DNA of 57,740 nucleotides from Terrimicrobiaceae bacterium. GTDB lineage: Bacteria; Verrucomicrobiota; Verrucomicrobiia; Chthoniobacterales; Terrimicrobiaceae. The stretch lies in the NCBI GenBank assembly GCA_041752695.1, contig JBGSVZ010000096.1:1-57740 (forward strand). Direction: 5' to 3'. Shown here in pieces: positions 42,648 to 53,300 of this stretch (positions are counted from its first letter, which is position 1; each line of letters begins with the position of its first letter). The translations under genes were made by a program, and so were the position numbers. The notes under the pieces are model-generated. The model made no database searches, was not told the origin of the DNA, and saw only the letters and a program-made list of their open reading frames with translations.

Positions 42648-43310
42648 ATCAGCTCACTTTTCAGGACGACTTCCGCCCGGACTGCCCATTGCAGAAAAGC
42701 GCCCCCTTCGCCCCCCGCTATTCTGCAATCGGCACCATCACTCGTGGCAAACCTGCCTTTTCCTCCTTACGGATGCCAGTCCCGGCAGGCCATCCGCTCA
42801 TTTGCAGGGTCCGCGATGTCTGGCCAAAGCTTCGACCTCTCGCTCTAGCCGCCACCGCCAACCCCGCAAATCAGCTCACTTGGGAGGGCGACTCGCGCCC
42901 GGGTTGCCCATTGCAGAAAAGCGCCCCCATTGCCCCTCGCCATTCTGCAATCGGCACCATCACCGATGGCAAACCTGCCTTTTCCTCCTTACCGGTGCCA
43001 GTCCCGGCAGGCCTTCCGCTCATTTGCTGGGTCTGCGATGTCTGGCCAAGACCTCGACCTCTCGCTCTGGCCGCCACCGCCAACCCAGCAAATCAGCTCA
43101 CTTGGGAAGGCGAATCGCGCCCTGCTCGCCCATTGAAGAAAGGCGTCCGCTTCGCTCCCCGCCATACTTCAATCGGCGACTCCACCGGAAACCGACCTGC
43201 TTTCATTCTGACACTTTTGCCAAGCATGGCCCTGGTCGCGTTGAATCGCGGCCACTGCTCTGGAAGGAGGGCACCGCGAGTCCTTGGCCCTTCCGCCATC
43301 GCAGACGCCG
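42648..43310. repeat. 222-bp structured tandem repeat, about 3 units (third diverged; right end approximate)
   Basis: ATCAGCTCACTT starts at 42648, 42870 and 43092; internal inverted repeats. Confidence 0.9.
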
Positions 43311-43412
43311 CAATGCAACGCAGCTATCCCGAATCCTCGGGACCGATCCGCCCATTCATTCCGTCCTCGCTCTTCCCTCACCCCCTGCTCCGGGCGCAAC
43401 GAATCGGCGGAT

Positions 43413-43760
43413 TTATGTTCGCTTCTCCAGCGCTTCGACCACCGTGTGATCATTCTTTCCGGGCACCGTGGTCACTTGGATGCAATCACCCACATTCAAT
43501 TCTTGAGCTTGTGCATAAACCGCCGACTTCGGGAAAAAGAAGACGTATAGCCAGTATTTCTGCTCGCCCGACTTCACGAAAAGATGGATGCCCAACCTTC
43601 CTCCCTTTCCTTGAACTTTCATACGGCTTCCACGTGAGTAAGAGGCCCCATCTACATGGGCTTCCCAGGTTCCAAACCGGTCACAGGCCGGGTATGATTC
43701 ACGGTCCAAGCCCGCTTCCTTCAATTGATTCCAAGAGACTGGCATATCGAACTCAGACAA
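43413..43760 (-). CDS. Hypothetical protein, OB-fold-like beta pattern
   Basis: IHLFVK, YWLYVFF, ELNVGDCIQV. Confidence 0.6.
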   Translation of the reverse strand: MSEFDMPVSWNQLKEAGLDRESYPACDRFGTWEAHVDGASYSRGSRMKVQGKGGRLGIHLFVKSGEQKYWLYVFFFPKSAVYAQAQELNVGDCIQVTTVPGKNDHTVVEALEKRT

Positions 43761-43860
43761 CGCATTTTCGACCCACGTTCAATCGACTCTGGACAGGTTT
43801 TCACCAAGTCGAAGCTTACCTGACCGACCAAGCTCGTAGCTCAGAGGTAATGCAGGATAG

Positions 43861-43984
43861 TGATTTTCGTAGGAAAATCACGGTTCGGAAAAAAGCCGCT
43901 TTTTCCTCGTGTCCTCCCCGCGTCAGGCGCGGTCCGGGTTTTGTTTCATTTGCCATCCGGCTTTCGCTCCGCGAGTTCGCGGAG
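43861..43984. other. Candidate oriT region
   Basis: Clustered inverted repeats TGATTTTC/GAAAATCA, GGAAAAA/TTTTTCC and CTCCGCGA/TCGCGGAG directly upstream of the RHH-relaxase operon. Confidence 0.45.
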
Positions 43985-44012
43985 TCCCGCTCATTTTATC
44001 CACCTAAGACCC

Positions 44013-44243
44013 ATGCCAACACCGACGAAGAAACCCGCCACGCAGTTCCATGTGGACTGCACACTCGAAACCAAAAATCGCTTCAATCGGCTCCATGAAG
44101 CCATGAGTTTCAAAACCAAAGCCGAAACGTTCGCCGCCATCATCTATTCCACGACGGCCGCAGATACGCTCGATCCCCTCTTGATGGAAAGACTGGAGCA
44201 CAAACTCGACCGCGTTTTGGAACGCTACGATGACCTCATATGA
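44013..44243 (+). CDS. Putative RHH relaxosome accessory protein (MobC-like)
   Basis: QFHVDCT strand followed by helices; ATGA overlap with the relaxase. Confidence 0.6.
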   Translation: MPTPTKKPATQFHVDCTLETKNRFNRLHEAMSFKTKAETFAAIIYSTTAADTLDPLLMERLEHKLDRVLERYDDLI

Positions 44244-45367
44244 AAAATGGCATGATGTTTCCGCGCAAGCGGACGTGGCGCTCCCGTCTCGATCTCGACT
44301 ATCTGGACGAAACGTCCGAACGAAAAGCCTCGGCGCGAATGAAACCGGACACGTCCGCCGAACACACGACGACGGGGCAAAAACTCAAGCAGTTCGCGGA
44401 ATATGCTTCCAAGGAAACGCTGGGCCAGGTTCACGCGGGCGGGTTTTTGCATCAGATGATTCTCATCAATGCCGATGGTTCCCGCACACCGCCGTCCAAA
44501 CTCCGCAACGCGGAGCGAAAGGAACGAATTGCCGATTCATGGTTCCAACACATCCGGAAATTTCCCACATCGTCCGAAAATCCCGTCATCCAGCACCGCC
44601 TCATTTTTTCCATGTCGCGCGAGTTGCACGACCGGTTGGTGGAATCGGGCATCAGTCCCGACCGCGTTTTGCAGTCCACCATGAAAAAGATCATGGGAAA
44701 ATTCGCAGACCGGTTTCATCGCAACGACGCGATTGGCTATGCCTACGGCATCCACCACGACACGGACAATCTCCATGTGCATGTCGCCCTTTGTCCGCGC
44801 ACGTTGAAAGGAAAATACGTCGGCTGCAGCATGTCGCAAACCAAGGTTTCCGGGAACAAAAACCAAATGACGTTCCTGCGGAAATGTTTCGTCACCGAAA
44901 ATCAACGCTGGGGAGAGCTTCTTTCCTCGCCTGTCAAAATGCAGCACCACCTTTCGCAGCGGGTGGACTGCGACAAACTGGTCTTTTCGCCTCGCATCAA
45001 TCAGCAGCAGATGGAGGCAGTCCGCCAGACGCAGACCTTCGAAGCGATCCGGCTTCATCAGCTATACGACAGCATTCGGCATCTGGAAGCGGCCATTGCC
45101 GCGAAGCGCAAGCAGTTCTCGGAGGAAAAAAATCTTCGCTTTCTTTCCCGGCTTACCCGCCGACGGGTTCCTCGCATTGCGCAAGTTGTCTCAAAAGCGA
45201 GCCATGCCATCGAACGCCGTTCGCTCAGCGAGATGCAAAAAATACTTTTTCAGACCAAGACCCAATACCGCGCCCTCCACAAACGGTACTGCCGTCTCCA
45301 CGGATTCACTTCTTATGCCAATCGAAACACCATCCAGCCTGCCCATCGGCAGCAAAACTCACTCTGA
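44240..45367 (+). CDS. HUH relaxase (MOBP-like)
   Basis: FAEYASK (candidate catalytic Tyr), HRLIFSMS, YGIHHDTDNLHVHV. Confidence 0.85.
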   Translation: MKNGMMFPRKRTWRSRLDLDYLDETSERKASARMKPDTSAEHTTTGQKLKQFAEYASKETLGQVHAGGFLHQMILINADGSRTPPSKLRNAERKERIADSWFQHIRKFPTSSENPVIQHRLIFSMSRELHDRLVESGISPDRVLQSTMKKIMGKFADRFHRNDAIGYAYGIHHDTDNLHVHVALCPRTLKGKYVGCSMSQTKVSGNKNQMTFLRKCFVTENQRWGELLSSPVKMQHHLSQRVDCDKLVFSPRINQQQMEAVRQTQTFEAIRLHQLYDSIRHLEAAIAAKRKQFSEEKNLRFLSRLTRRRVPRIAQVVSKASHAIERRSLSEMQKILFQTKTQYRALHKRYCRLHGFTSYANRNTIQPAHRQQNSL

Positions 45368-45557
45368 TTTTATTCTTTGCCAGGATTTCGTCTTCCGGCT
45401 CTCCACCGTGGACGGATGTCTGCACCAAGCTTTCCCGGAAGGCCAGCCAGGCATCACCACGGTGAATTTTAAATCCTACACGCAGAACGTCCCCGACCCG
45501 GATCGTCGGCTTTTCGATTTTCTTGTCTCCAAACTCAACCCCAAACCTCTCCCATGA
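45315..45557 (+). CDS. Small hypothetical protein
   Basis: Fills the gap; ATGA overlap with the coupling protein. Confidence 0.45.
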   Translation: MPIETPSSLPIGSKTHSDFILCQDFVFRLSTVDGCLHQAFPEGQPGITTVNFKSYTQNVPDPDRRLFDFLVSKLNPKPLP

Positions 45558-47089
45558 AGTTTTTCGACACGATACTCTTTTTGCTCTGCGCCACAGGAGC
45601 TCTCGGCGGATATTTCTACCTCATTCCCCCTCTGTCCTGGATCGTTATTGCGATCTGCGGCCTTTTCGCAACATGGGGGCTCTGCGCCAGCGATCAATCA
45701 GGGAAAATCATTCTCCGACTTGGCGGCCTGTCGTGGTCCATGGAGGATTTTGTGCGCGGCTGGCTCATCACTGGACGCACCGGTTCGGGTAAGACGCAAT
45801 GCGCCATCAATGCCATTACGTTCCAGATTTTTCAGAACGTGCCCAACTGGGGCGGCATCTGTCTCGATCAAAAGGGACTTTATTGGGAAATCCTCGTGCG
45901 GATGGCCGCGCATTTCGAGCGCAGCAGCGATCTCGTTCTCTTGCAAACCCGGCCGCAGGGGAAAGACATGCTCTGGCGACCGCCCTTTTCGATCAACATC
46001 ACGGGGAATCCCGATGTTCCCGCATCCACGTATGCCAAAGTGATCGTGGACACCGCTGTTTCGTTGAGCGGCGGGAAAAGCGGGAATCCGTTTTTCCCCA
46101 TCAAGGCCCAACTCGCCATTCAAACCGCGTTTGAAATTCTCCGACTGCTGGGTGCCTACGTGACGATTCCGAACATCCACCGGCTCTTGTTGCGCAAAGA
46201 AGACGGCGATGCGGTGATGGAAGATCTCATGAAAATGGACTGCCAGCGCGCCGAGGAACTGCTTACTGCCTTCCGCGACGGCTATTTGGGCCAGCCGCCC
46301 GAGCAACTCGGAGGAGTTCAGGGTACCATCAGCACGTATCTGGAGTACTTCCTCAACCCAGAGATCGCGGAAGTTTTTTGCGCCAATGAACCGACGTTTG
46401 CCATCAGTGAAATCGACCGGGGAAAAATTGTCTGCATCGCCATGCCACAAAAATTTCAGTCAGAACGCCTCTACATCAACACCATCCTCAAGCTCTCCTA
46501 CTACTTCCATGCCCTCAGTCGGTTCGACAAACCCGCGGCGGAGCGCCAGAAGGACAATCTCTTGATACTTTTCGCCGACGAAGGCCAGGAGATCATTACC
46601 GGCGCGGAATCTGCTTTTGCCGACCACCGTGCCGCCGGCGTGATCCGCGAGGCGAGAGCGACGCTCGTTCTCGCCACCCAAGCCTACACGTCCATTCACG
46701 GATCACTCGAAAAACGGTACGCCGATGTGCTCATGCTCAATTTAAGCAATGAATTGATCTTCACCGTTGCCAACAACGATTCCGCTGTCATCGCGTCCAA
46801 AAATATCGGGGAACGTCAGGTCGTGGAGAAAACCTGGGGATTCGCCGGTGGACGAAAAACCTACACCTATCAGAAAAAAATTCAGCCCTACTTTCAGACT
46901 TACGAATTGCGCGAGCTCCCGAAATTTACCGCCTTGATCCGCCACTGCGAGAAGCGGTTCCGAAAACGGCTCATTCCGCCGATCAACCCCGACGGCACCT
47001 ATCCCCGATGGTTTCTGTCACTCCGCCCTGACTACGCAATTCTCCAATGGCTCAAAGGTTCCAAATCCCAACCCACCACCAATCAATGA
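45554..47089 (+). CDS. Type IV coupling protein (TraD/VirD4-like)
   Basis: Two N-terminal TM segments, ITGRTGSGKT, LDQKG, LFADEGQ, LATQA. Confidence 0.88.
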   Translation: MKFFDTILFLLCATGALGGYFYLIPPLSWIVIAICGLFATWGLCASDQSGKIILRLGGLSWSMEDFVRGWLITGRTGSGKTQCAINAITFQIFQNVPNWGGICLDQKGLYWEILVRMAAHFERSSDLVLLQTRPQGKDMLWRPPFSINITGNPDVPASTYAKVIVDTAVSLSGGKSGNPFFPIKAQLAIQTAFEILRLLGAYVTIPNIHRLLLRKEDGDAVMEDLMKMDCQRAEELLTAFRDGYLGQPPEQLGGVQGTISTYLEYFLNPEIAEVFCANEPTFAISEIDRGKIVCIAMPQKFQSERLYINTILKLSYYFHALSRFDKPAAERQKDNLLILFADEGQEIITGAESAFADHRAAGVIREARATLVLATQAYTSIHGSLEKRYADVLMLNLSNELIFTVANNDSAVIASKNIGERQVVEKTWGFAGGRKTYTYQKKIQPYFQTYELRELPKFTALIRHCEKRFRKRLIPPINPDGTYPRWFLSLRPDYAILQWLKGSKSQPTTNQ

Positions 47090-47994
47090 GTTCCTCTTCT
47101 CTCATCGAAAAACTCAACGGCCTCGAGCCGAATCTCTCTTCCAGGATCAAAGGCCAGGGGCACGTCATTCCCCGTGTCTGTTCCGTGCTGGAACGCGGCC
47201 AGCTTGGCTTGCAGCCGTCCGCTAAACCGCTTGGCTCGTTTATGTTCCTTGGGCCGACCGGCGTAGGCAAAACGGAACTGACCCTGGAATTCTCCCGTTA
47301 TCTTTTCGGCAACGATTCCGTATTCCGGTTCGACATGTCGGAATTTCTCCACCTGGACGCGGTGAAGCTGTTCATGGGCGACGAATCCGGCACCCCCGGA
47401 CGCTTGGGAAAGATCCTCTCCCAGCACCGTCAAGGAGTTCTTCTTTTCGACGAAATCGAAAAAGCCCATCGGCTCATCTGGGATCTCTTTTTGCAGATGC
47501 TCGACACCGCGAGAATCACCTTGGCCGATCATCAGTCCTACGACCTCTCTGGGTTTTACATTGTTTGCACCAGCAATATCGGCTCGCAGCAGCTTCTACG
47601 CCCGACCCGGCTTCCCTTCGCCACTTTGGAACGCGCCGTCTTGGCAGAACTTCACCGTTCTTTTCGCCCCGAGTTGGTGGGTAGGTTCGACGAGAAAGTC
47701 GTTTTCAAGCCTCTTTCCCCGGAAACGCAACGCGAAATCGGCCGTCTAACCATTTCCGAGGAACTGGCTCGCTTCCGGCAGCAGGGCTTCGATCTGGCCG
47801 TTTCCGATTCTGCTTTTGAGTTCCTGGTCCGCCGGGGCATTCACAAGGCTCTCGGGGCGCGACCGATGAAGAGGACGGTGCAGAAATTTATCGGCGATGC
47901 CATCCGACAAGCCCTCAAATCCGGGGGTCTGCCATGCGGCACATTGGCCGTTTCCTCAAAGAATGACGGCTTGATGATAGACGCTGTCTCTTGA
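47086..47994 (+). CDS. Stand-alone ClpA/B D2-type AAA+ ATPase
   Basis: IKGQGHVI, FLGPTGVGKTEL, RFDMSEF, LFDEIEKAH, FRPELVGRFD, GARPMKR. Confidence 0.9.
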   Translation: MSSSSLIEKLNGLEPNLSSRIKGQGHVIPRVCSVLERGQLGLQPSAKPLGSFMFLGPTGVGKTELTLEFSRYLFGNDSVFRFDMSEFLHLDAVKLFMGDESGTPGRLGKILSQHRQGVLLFDEIEKAHRLIWDLFLQMLDTARITLADHQSYDLSGFYIVCTSNIGSQQLLRPTRLPFATLERAVLAELHRSFRPELVGRFDEKVVFKPLSPETQREIGRLTISEELARFRQQGFDLAVSDSAFEFLVRRGIHKALGARPMKRTVQKFIGDAIRQALKSGGLPCGTLAVSSKNDGLMIDAVS

Positions 47995-48244
47995 TAGAGA
48001 TACTGTTGACCATGCCCTGCGGCGCGAGACTCATTGCAGGCCTCCCCCGTTCCTCTGCCATGTCCTAACGAGACTCGCGCTCGCCTCCCAACGAAGCGGT
48101 CGTACAAGAAGCCCTCCTCTACCAGTTCCGCTTCCGCTCCGTCTCCGTTGCAGTGTCGCACCGCCGCTGCGCATTCGCGCACGCAGGCAAGGGATTGCCT
48201 GCAGGTCATTTGATTGCTCTGCAATTTGAAGGGAAGTGGAGCTC

Positions 48245-48493
48245 CTATCCCCTGGAAAGGTCAGACCAGTCAAGTTTCAGGACCCGCAGGATGAACTGGA
48301 GTTCGACATCTGTGAGAGTGCGTTTGCCCGACTCGATCCTGACGAGGACGGCCCTATCAATGTCCCAGCCCCTCCTTTGGAGGTGAGCGGCAAAATCGGA
48401 TTGGTTCCATCCGGATATCTCCCTCAATTGTCGAAGGCGACCACCCAGGATGTTCATTTTGCCCTTCGGACGTGGACAATTGCGTGCACTCAT
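48245..48493 (-). CDS. XRE family HTH regulator
   Basis: LRQLREISGWNQSDFA...VRIESGKR. Confidence 0.88.
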   Translation of the reverse strand: MSARNCPRPKGKMNILGGRLRQLREISGWNQSDFAAHLQRRGWDIDRAVLVRIESGKRTLTDVELQFILRVLKLDWSDLSRG

Positions 48494-48946
48494 GCCGCGA
48501 AAGATGCGGAAAAAGCTTTTGCAGCCGTGAGACGGCTACCTCTCATTTTGAGGCTAGCGTCTCATGTGAAAATCTGTAGAAATGATCTCAAATGAGCTCG
48601 TTTCAGGCAGTAGTCACCATCAACCAAGTCGCGACCAATACCCCTGAATACCCTTATCTGAACAACAAAAGCAGTTTCTCACCAACCTTGGGTTTGAAGC
48701 TCCCACAGAAAACTCCCAAGAGGTTTACCGGCAGCGGCTCAATGAATTGGACCAGCTGATTAAGGCCCTCCAACTGCCTCTCCAACTCTATTACTCCTAA
48801 CACATGGAAGCCCACAGGAAACGCAGCCTCCTTATATCTTTTCCTTTTGGATTGACAGTCTTTGGTGGGCAGACTATCCCGAGCGCCGCATCCAATCAGC
48901 ATTCACGACCACCGGAAAACGAAGCCCAACTTCTCCACTCGAGCCC

Positions 48947-49810
48947 ATGATTCAGGTCGTCAAACCCATGTCACTGTTCGCTGTTGCTCTCGCCACGGCG
49001 GGATTGATCTTCGTTTCCACGAGCGCTCGCGCCGAGCCCTCCGAAGCAAGACAAGAGCCTCCAGAATTCCGCGTACTAGACAGCCAGGAGATCGATCTTG
49101 GCTCCCGCTCCATCATCTACAACCGTGTTGAAACGCCAGTTCTCAAACCGCAACCGGCCCCGGTAGAAGGGCCGACGACACCGGTCGCCGAATACGTCCC
49201 CACCGCAGAAGAGTTGGAAGAAATGCGCCGATGGGAGGCATTGAACCAAGTCAGTTTGTTCCTAAACTGCACGGTCTATGATGGCAGGTTGACCGAAGTC
49301 AGTTTTCGGCAAGGGGAAACCGATGTCGTGTTCTGGTCCACGGTCAACTTCAACTACCTCAGTCACTTATTTGATTTGCTGACCGAAGACACTTATTACG
49401 TCATTTTTATGGGAATCGGGGACTCCACGATGGAGGAGTTCAACGAGAAGAATAAGGAGCTTCTCCACAAAAAGGGCTTTGATTTGTTGTCGAGCGGGCA
49501 CTCAGACCAGCTGGCACCGGCCACGACTGCCCCTGCCTCAGCTTGGCGCATCACCTCGAGTGAACCGGTCCCCGCTGAAGTTGTCCGCACGATTGAGGAC
49601 CTGCACTCATATTTTGACTCGAACCGCGAGTTGTTGATTGCCCAACACGCAGTGCGCGAAGCGGCCCGCATTGCCCATGAACAGTGGCTCAGGGACAACC
49701 CGCCGCAGGCCAAGGATACCGTCATCCAGTTCTTCCCCATCCAAAGCAGCCACTCACCCACTGAAGCAAGAACTTTGGAGTCAACTTTTTCCACCACCCG
49801 CGCACGATGA
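48947..49810 (+). CDS. Secreted hypothetical protein (Rhs operon gene 1)
   Basis: Signal peptide ending ARA; ATGA overlap with the next gene. Confidence 0.75.
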   Translation: MIQVVKPMSLFAVALATAGLIFVSTSARAEPSEARQEPPEFRVLDSQEIDLGSRSIIYNRVETPVLKPQPAPVEGPTTPVAEYVPTAEELEEMRRWEALNQVSLFLNCTVYDGRLTEVSFRQGETDVVFWSTVNFNYLSHLFDLLTEDTYYVIFMGIGDSTMEEFNEKNKELLHKKGFDLLSSGHSDQLAPATTAPASAWRITSSEPVPAEVVRTIEDLHSYFDSNRELLIAQHAVREAARIAHEQWLRDNPPQAKDTVIQFFPIQSSHSPTEARTLESTFSTTRAR

Positions 49811-50385
49811 GCCGGAAACTCCTTCTTCCCGTCCTTGTAGGGGTCATTAGTGCCGGGTTCCTTTTCGCCCAAACCGCCGACGACCCTAATGAGGGCACGA
49901 AGCTGGAATACGATTCCACCAACGAAGTCTGGCGTTTCAAATGGTGGGGCCGGGCGGGCAGCACCTACTTTCTGCAGCATTCCGAAGACCTTCAAACCTG
50001 GGCATGGATCCCGATTGTTGAGCCCGGTGATGATTCGATCAAGGAATGGGGGTTGACATCCACGAGCGAAAAGTTCTTTCTGCGGCTCCGCTATACAACC
50101 GAGCCGACAAGTGACCCGGAGGGCGGCGACTTTGATGGAGACGGAGTGTCGAATCTTGCAGAAGTCCAGCAGGGGCTGGACCCGTTTGATGAGGACACGG
50201 ATGGTGATGGGATGCACGATGGGTACGAGTTGGCTAATGGTTTGAACCCGCTGCTCAATGATGGGAATCTGGACTTGGACGGAGACTCGGTTCCCAACCG
50301 TGAGGACAGCCGACCCAATGACGTGAATTCCGGACGGTTGACTGTCACCATTTCGACGCCCGCTAATGGAGGAACCATCCCATGA
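49807..50385 (+). CDS. Secreted protein with DxDGDG (TSP3-like) calcium-binding repeats
   Basis: LQHSEDLQTW; DFDGDGVSNLAE, DTDGDGMHDGYE, DLDGDSVPNRED. Confidence 0.85.
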   Translation: MSRKLLLPVLVGVISAGFLFAQTADDPNEGTKLEYDSTNEVWRFKWWGRAGSTYFLQHSEDLQTWAWIPIVEPGDDSIKEWGLTSTSEKFFLRLRYTTEPTSDPEGGDFDGDGVSNLAEVQQGLDPFDEDTDGDGMHDGYELANGLNPLLNDGNLDLDGDSVPNREDSRPNDVNSGRLTVTISTPANGGTIP

Positions 50386-53300
50386 ACCGAAGGTTTTTAC
50401 TCATTCTTGCGCTGTTTGGTGGTTTAACTGCGGAGGGTTTTGCGCAAAGCAACGTTAATGCCCGGGCGGGCCGGTTTATTCGGGGGACCGATCCTCAGCC
50501 AACGAAGCAGTCTTTCGTGATTGCACTCGATGGGCAAAAGGGTGTGGGAGTCGGGGCCACCGATGGAGGAATTCCTCTCTTAGAAGGAAGGAATCCGTGG
50601 TTTCTGCAAGTCCCCCTTCCTTGGCTGCTTGACTTGCCCGGTTTTCCCATGCGCTTTGACGCTGGCGGAAACCAGGTGGTTTATCCGATTGCTTCGTTTG
50701 GGAAAAGTTCCGGGGGCAGCCCGCTTTTTGCAGGGACGAATTATCGTTTCGGAGCGTATTTCGGAGCGAGGCCGACGGGCTTTCCTATCGATTACGACAT
50801 CATCATCTATGCGTTCGCCAAGCCGGTATCTGGGGCTCAGCAGGACTGGGTGGATTGCCAAAAGATTCGCATTCCGGCCAAAGGGACCCCTGCGTGGGAA
50901 GCCTTTGCCGCGGGCGGCTACCGGCTCACTGTGCCTGATTCGGCTTGGCAGAACAACCAAAGCGCTGGTCACTATGGATTGGAAACGACGGTGGAATTGG
51001 TGGAAGCCCTTGGGCCGGTGGTGATGTGGGGCGTGGCTCCCAATCAACTTTCCCCTTACATTCTGACGCACAAAGCATCCGGGACCGACTACTATTTTCG
51101 GGTGGAAGCGAGGGGGTATTTCACGGAATCCGATACCGGACCCTGGCTCCCGGTGGTGATCAATTGGCAGACGAGTGACGTTGACAATGGGATTTATGAT
51201 CCGGCGAACGACATTCTTTACACTTTGGATTTCGACCAGCGACCGGCTTGGAGTTCGACGTTTATTCAGGCACCTCACTTTCAAGGGGAGCCGATGCCTG
51301 AGACTTATGCCGGAAAAAGCGCGGAGGATCTGGAGGGTGCGACGAGTGGAGTGGATTATCAATTTGCTGTTCCCGATGGCGACTGGCTTCTCACGGACAA
51401 CAGTCCTGAGTTGAGGGATCACCCGCTGCTAGAAAAGGTGGTGGCGGATCTGGGAGCGGATCCGCTGGCCCTCGCAAACTACGTGACAAATGAAATCCGT
51501 CTGGTGGATGCGTTGAGTTATGATGAGACGGGCGGGCTTGAGGGGGATTCGATCAATGAAGGTGGAGTGCGGCGCGGGGCGTTAGGCGTCTATCTGGAGG
51601 GTCAGGGGTCGCCAAGCGAACAATGCGCACTGTTGATTTATTTGCTCCGTAAAGCCGGGATTCCCGCGGGGTATGTGCAGGCCCCTCACAATGCGCTCCT
51701 CATGCTGGACTCCCGGATGAGCCGGATTCTGCGGATGCAAATCAAGGGGGACAAAGGTCAGGACAACACGCAGGTTGTGCCGCATGAAATTCCGGTGAAC
51801 TATCCCTGGGTGGCAGCGTACGTGCCCGATACGGAAAACCCCGGGCAAAGCAAATGGGTCCACCTTTTTCCGTGGATCAAAGATACGGAAATTAAAGAGG
51901 GGCTGAATTTGTACGATTACCTGCCGCAGGGCTATGAAAATGGGGATTTATGGACCCGAAGATATCTGGAGGCCGACCCGGCCATCCTTACTCTTGATGC
52001 AGAAAATGACACCCCGGCGAGTTTATTTCCGAAGTTCATCGAGCAGTCCTTGCGGGACAATCATCCATCAATTTCGCTGGCGGACATCGGGATGACGATC
52101 CGAGATCGCCGCAATCATTATGCCCGTTGGGCGGACTTCCCCCAGCCCTGGGCGGTGTCGGACGAGAACCCCCTGAATCTGAGGCAAAATCTCGGCGTGA
52201 CGCCAGCGAAGTTTGATACCCTGGATTTGGAAATCTACCCGGATGACGTGATTGATCCGATCGACGCACCCCTGGTGAGCCTCCCGGGCTTGAGAGTTTG
52301 CGATCTGCACAACCGCCGGTTGCTGGCGTATTTCGAGAAAACGGGGGCCAATAGTCACAATTTGATTGTGTCGCTGGCACCGTATCGCGCAGCAGCAACC
52401 GACTCAGGGAACTTCCAGAGTAGCGCGCTGCTTGGCCGACAGGAAAAGGTGGTTGATGTGAGTTCGTTGACAGGGCGTTTTGCGGTGAAGATCACCGAGA
52501 AGCGCCACCGTTCGCTTCCAGTGGAATTTCAAGTGCCAACCAGCCTGGAATCGTTTTTGGGGGTATTGCATGGTTTGGAGTCGACCCGGATTACCTATCT
52601 AAGCAAGGGGGAGTTCGCCGCTGTGGTCTTGAATTACGGACGGGTAACCCGTCGGATGCTCGATGTGCATGCGGAGGAATTTTGGAAGGCGCAGAGGGAA
52701 TTGCTGGACGACCCGCAGGCGGAGGGCGATCCCGAAATTTTTCGTGGAACACCCATGGTACTCTTGGGGGGAAGTTTTTTCGAACGCACGACGGCTTTTG
52801 AGGATATGCTGGATCGGCTGCATAAAGTGCAGCGCGTTTCCTCATCGGGCATCGCTCTGGCCACGCTTCGGCCGGAACGGGATGCCTTCGGTGCCCTGCC
52901 GGATCAGGGCAAGATTACTCTTCGATATCCCATTTTGGATGTGATTTCCCGGACTGCCGCGCTCGCAGGGAGCGGGGCTGTGCGGCCCGACCTCGGACAG
53001 GCCGCCGCACGGGATAGGGATTTCCTAGAAATCACGAACGGCTCAGCCAACGAACACTTTGCCATCGATCAACTTTTCGGTGCTGATGATTCGGTCTCGA
53101 CCGTAAGGCTACTTTGGAACGCCATTGCGGAAAACCGCCCGCCTGTTCTGCTGGATAATTGGAACTATGCGGACAAGGGCGAGGTCCTCTACACCGTTGG
53201 CACCGAAACAAAAAAGCTGAAAGACTGGAATCAGGCGATCTGGTCTAATTGTGTAAACGCATTCGGACCGGTGGAGAACGAAGACGTCGGGAACGCGTAT

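Noticed and set aside
42648..43310. CRISPR array
   Set aside because: Units are similar along their whole length with no unique spacers, and no cas genes are present
42530..44098. 522-aa ORF spanning the 222-bp repeats
   Set aside because: Pro/Arg/Ser-rich, many radical changes between repeat units, and overlaps better genes and the oriT-like region. Not fully excluded, since the period is a multiple of 3 and it starts at an ATGA overlap.
48600..48940. Short ORFs upstream of the Rhs operon
   Set aside because: The plus-frame stretch lacks a start codon and the minus ORF has no motif; it may be a remnant but is unsupported
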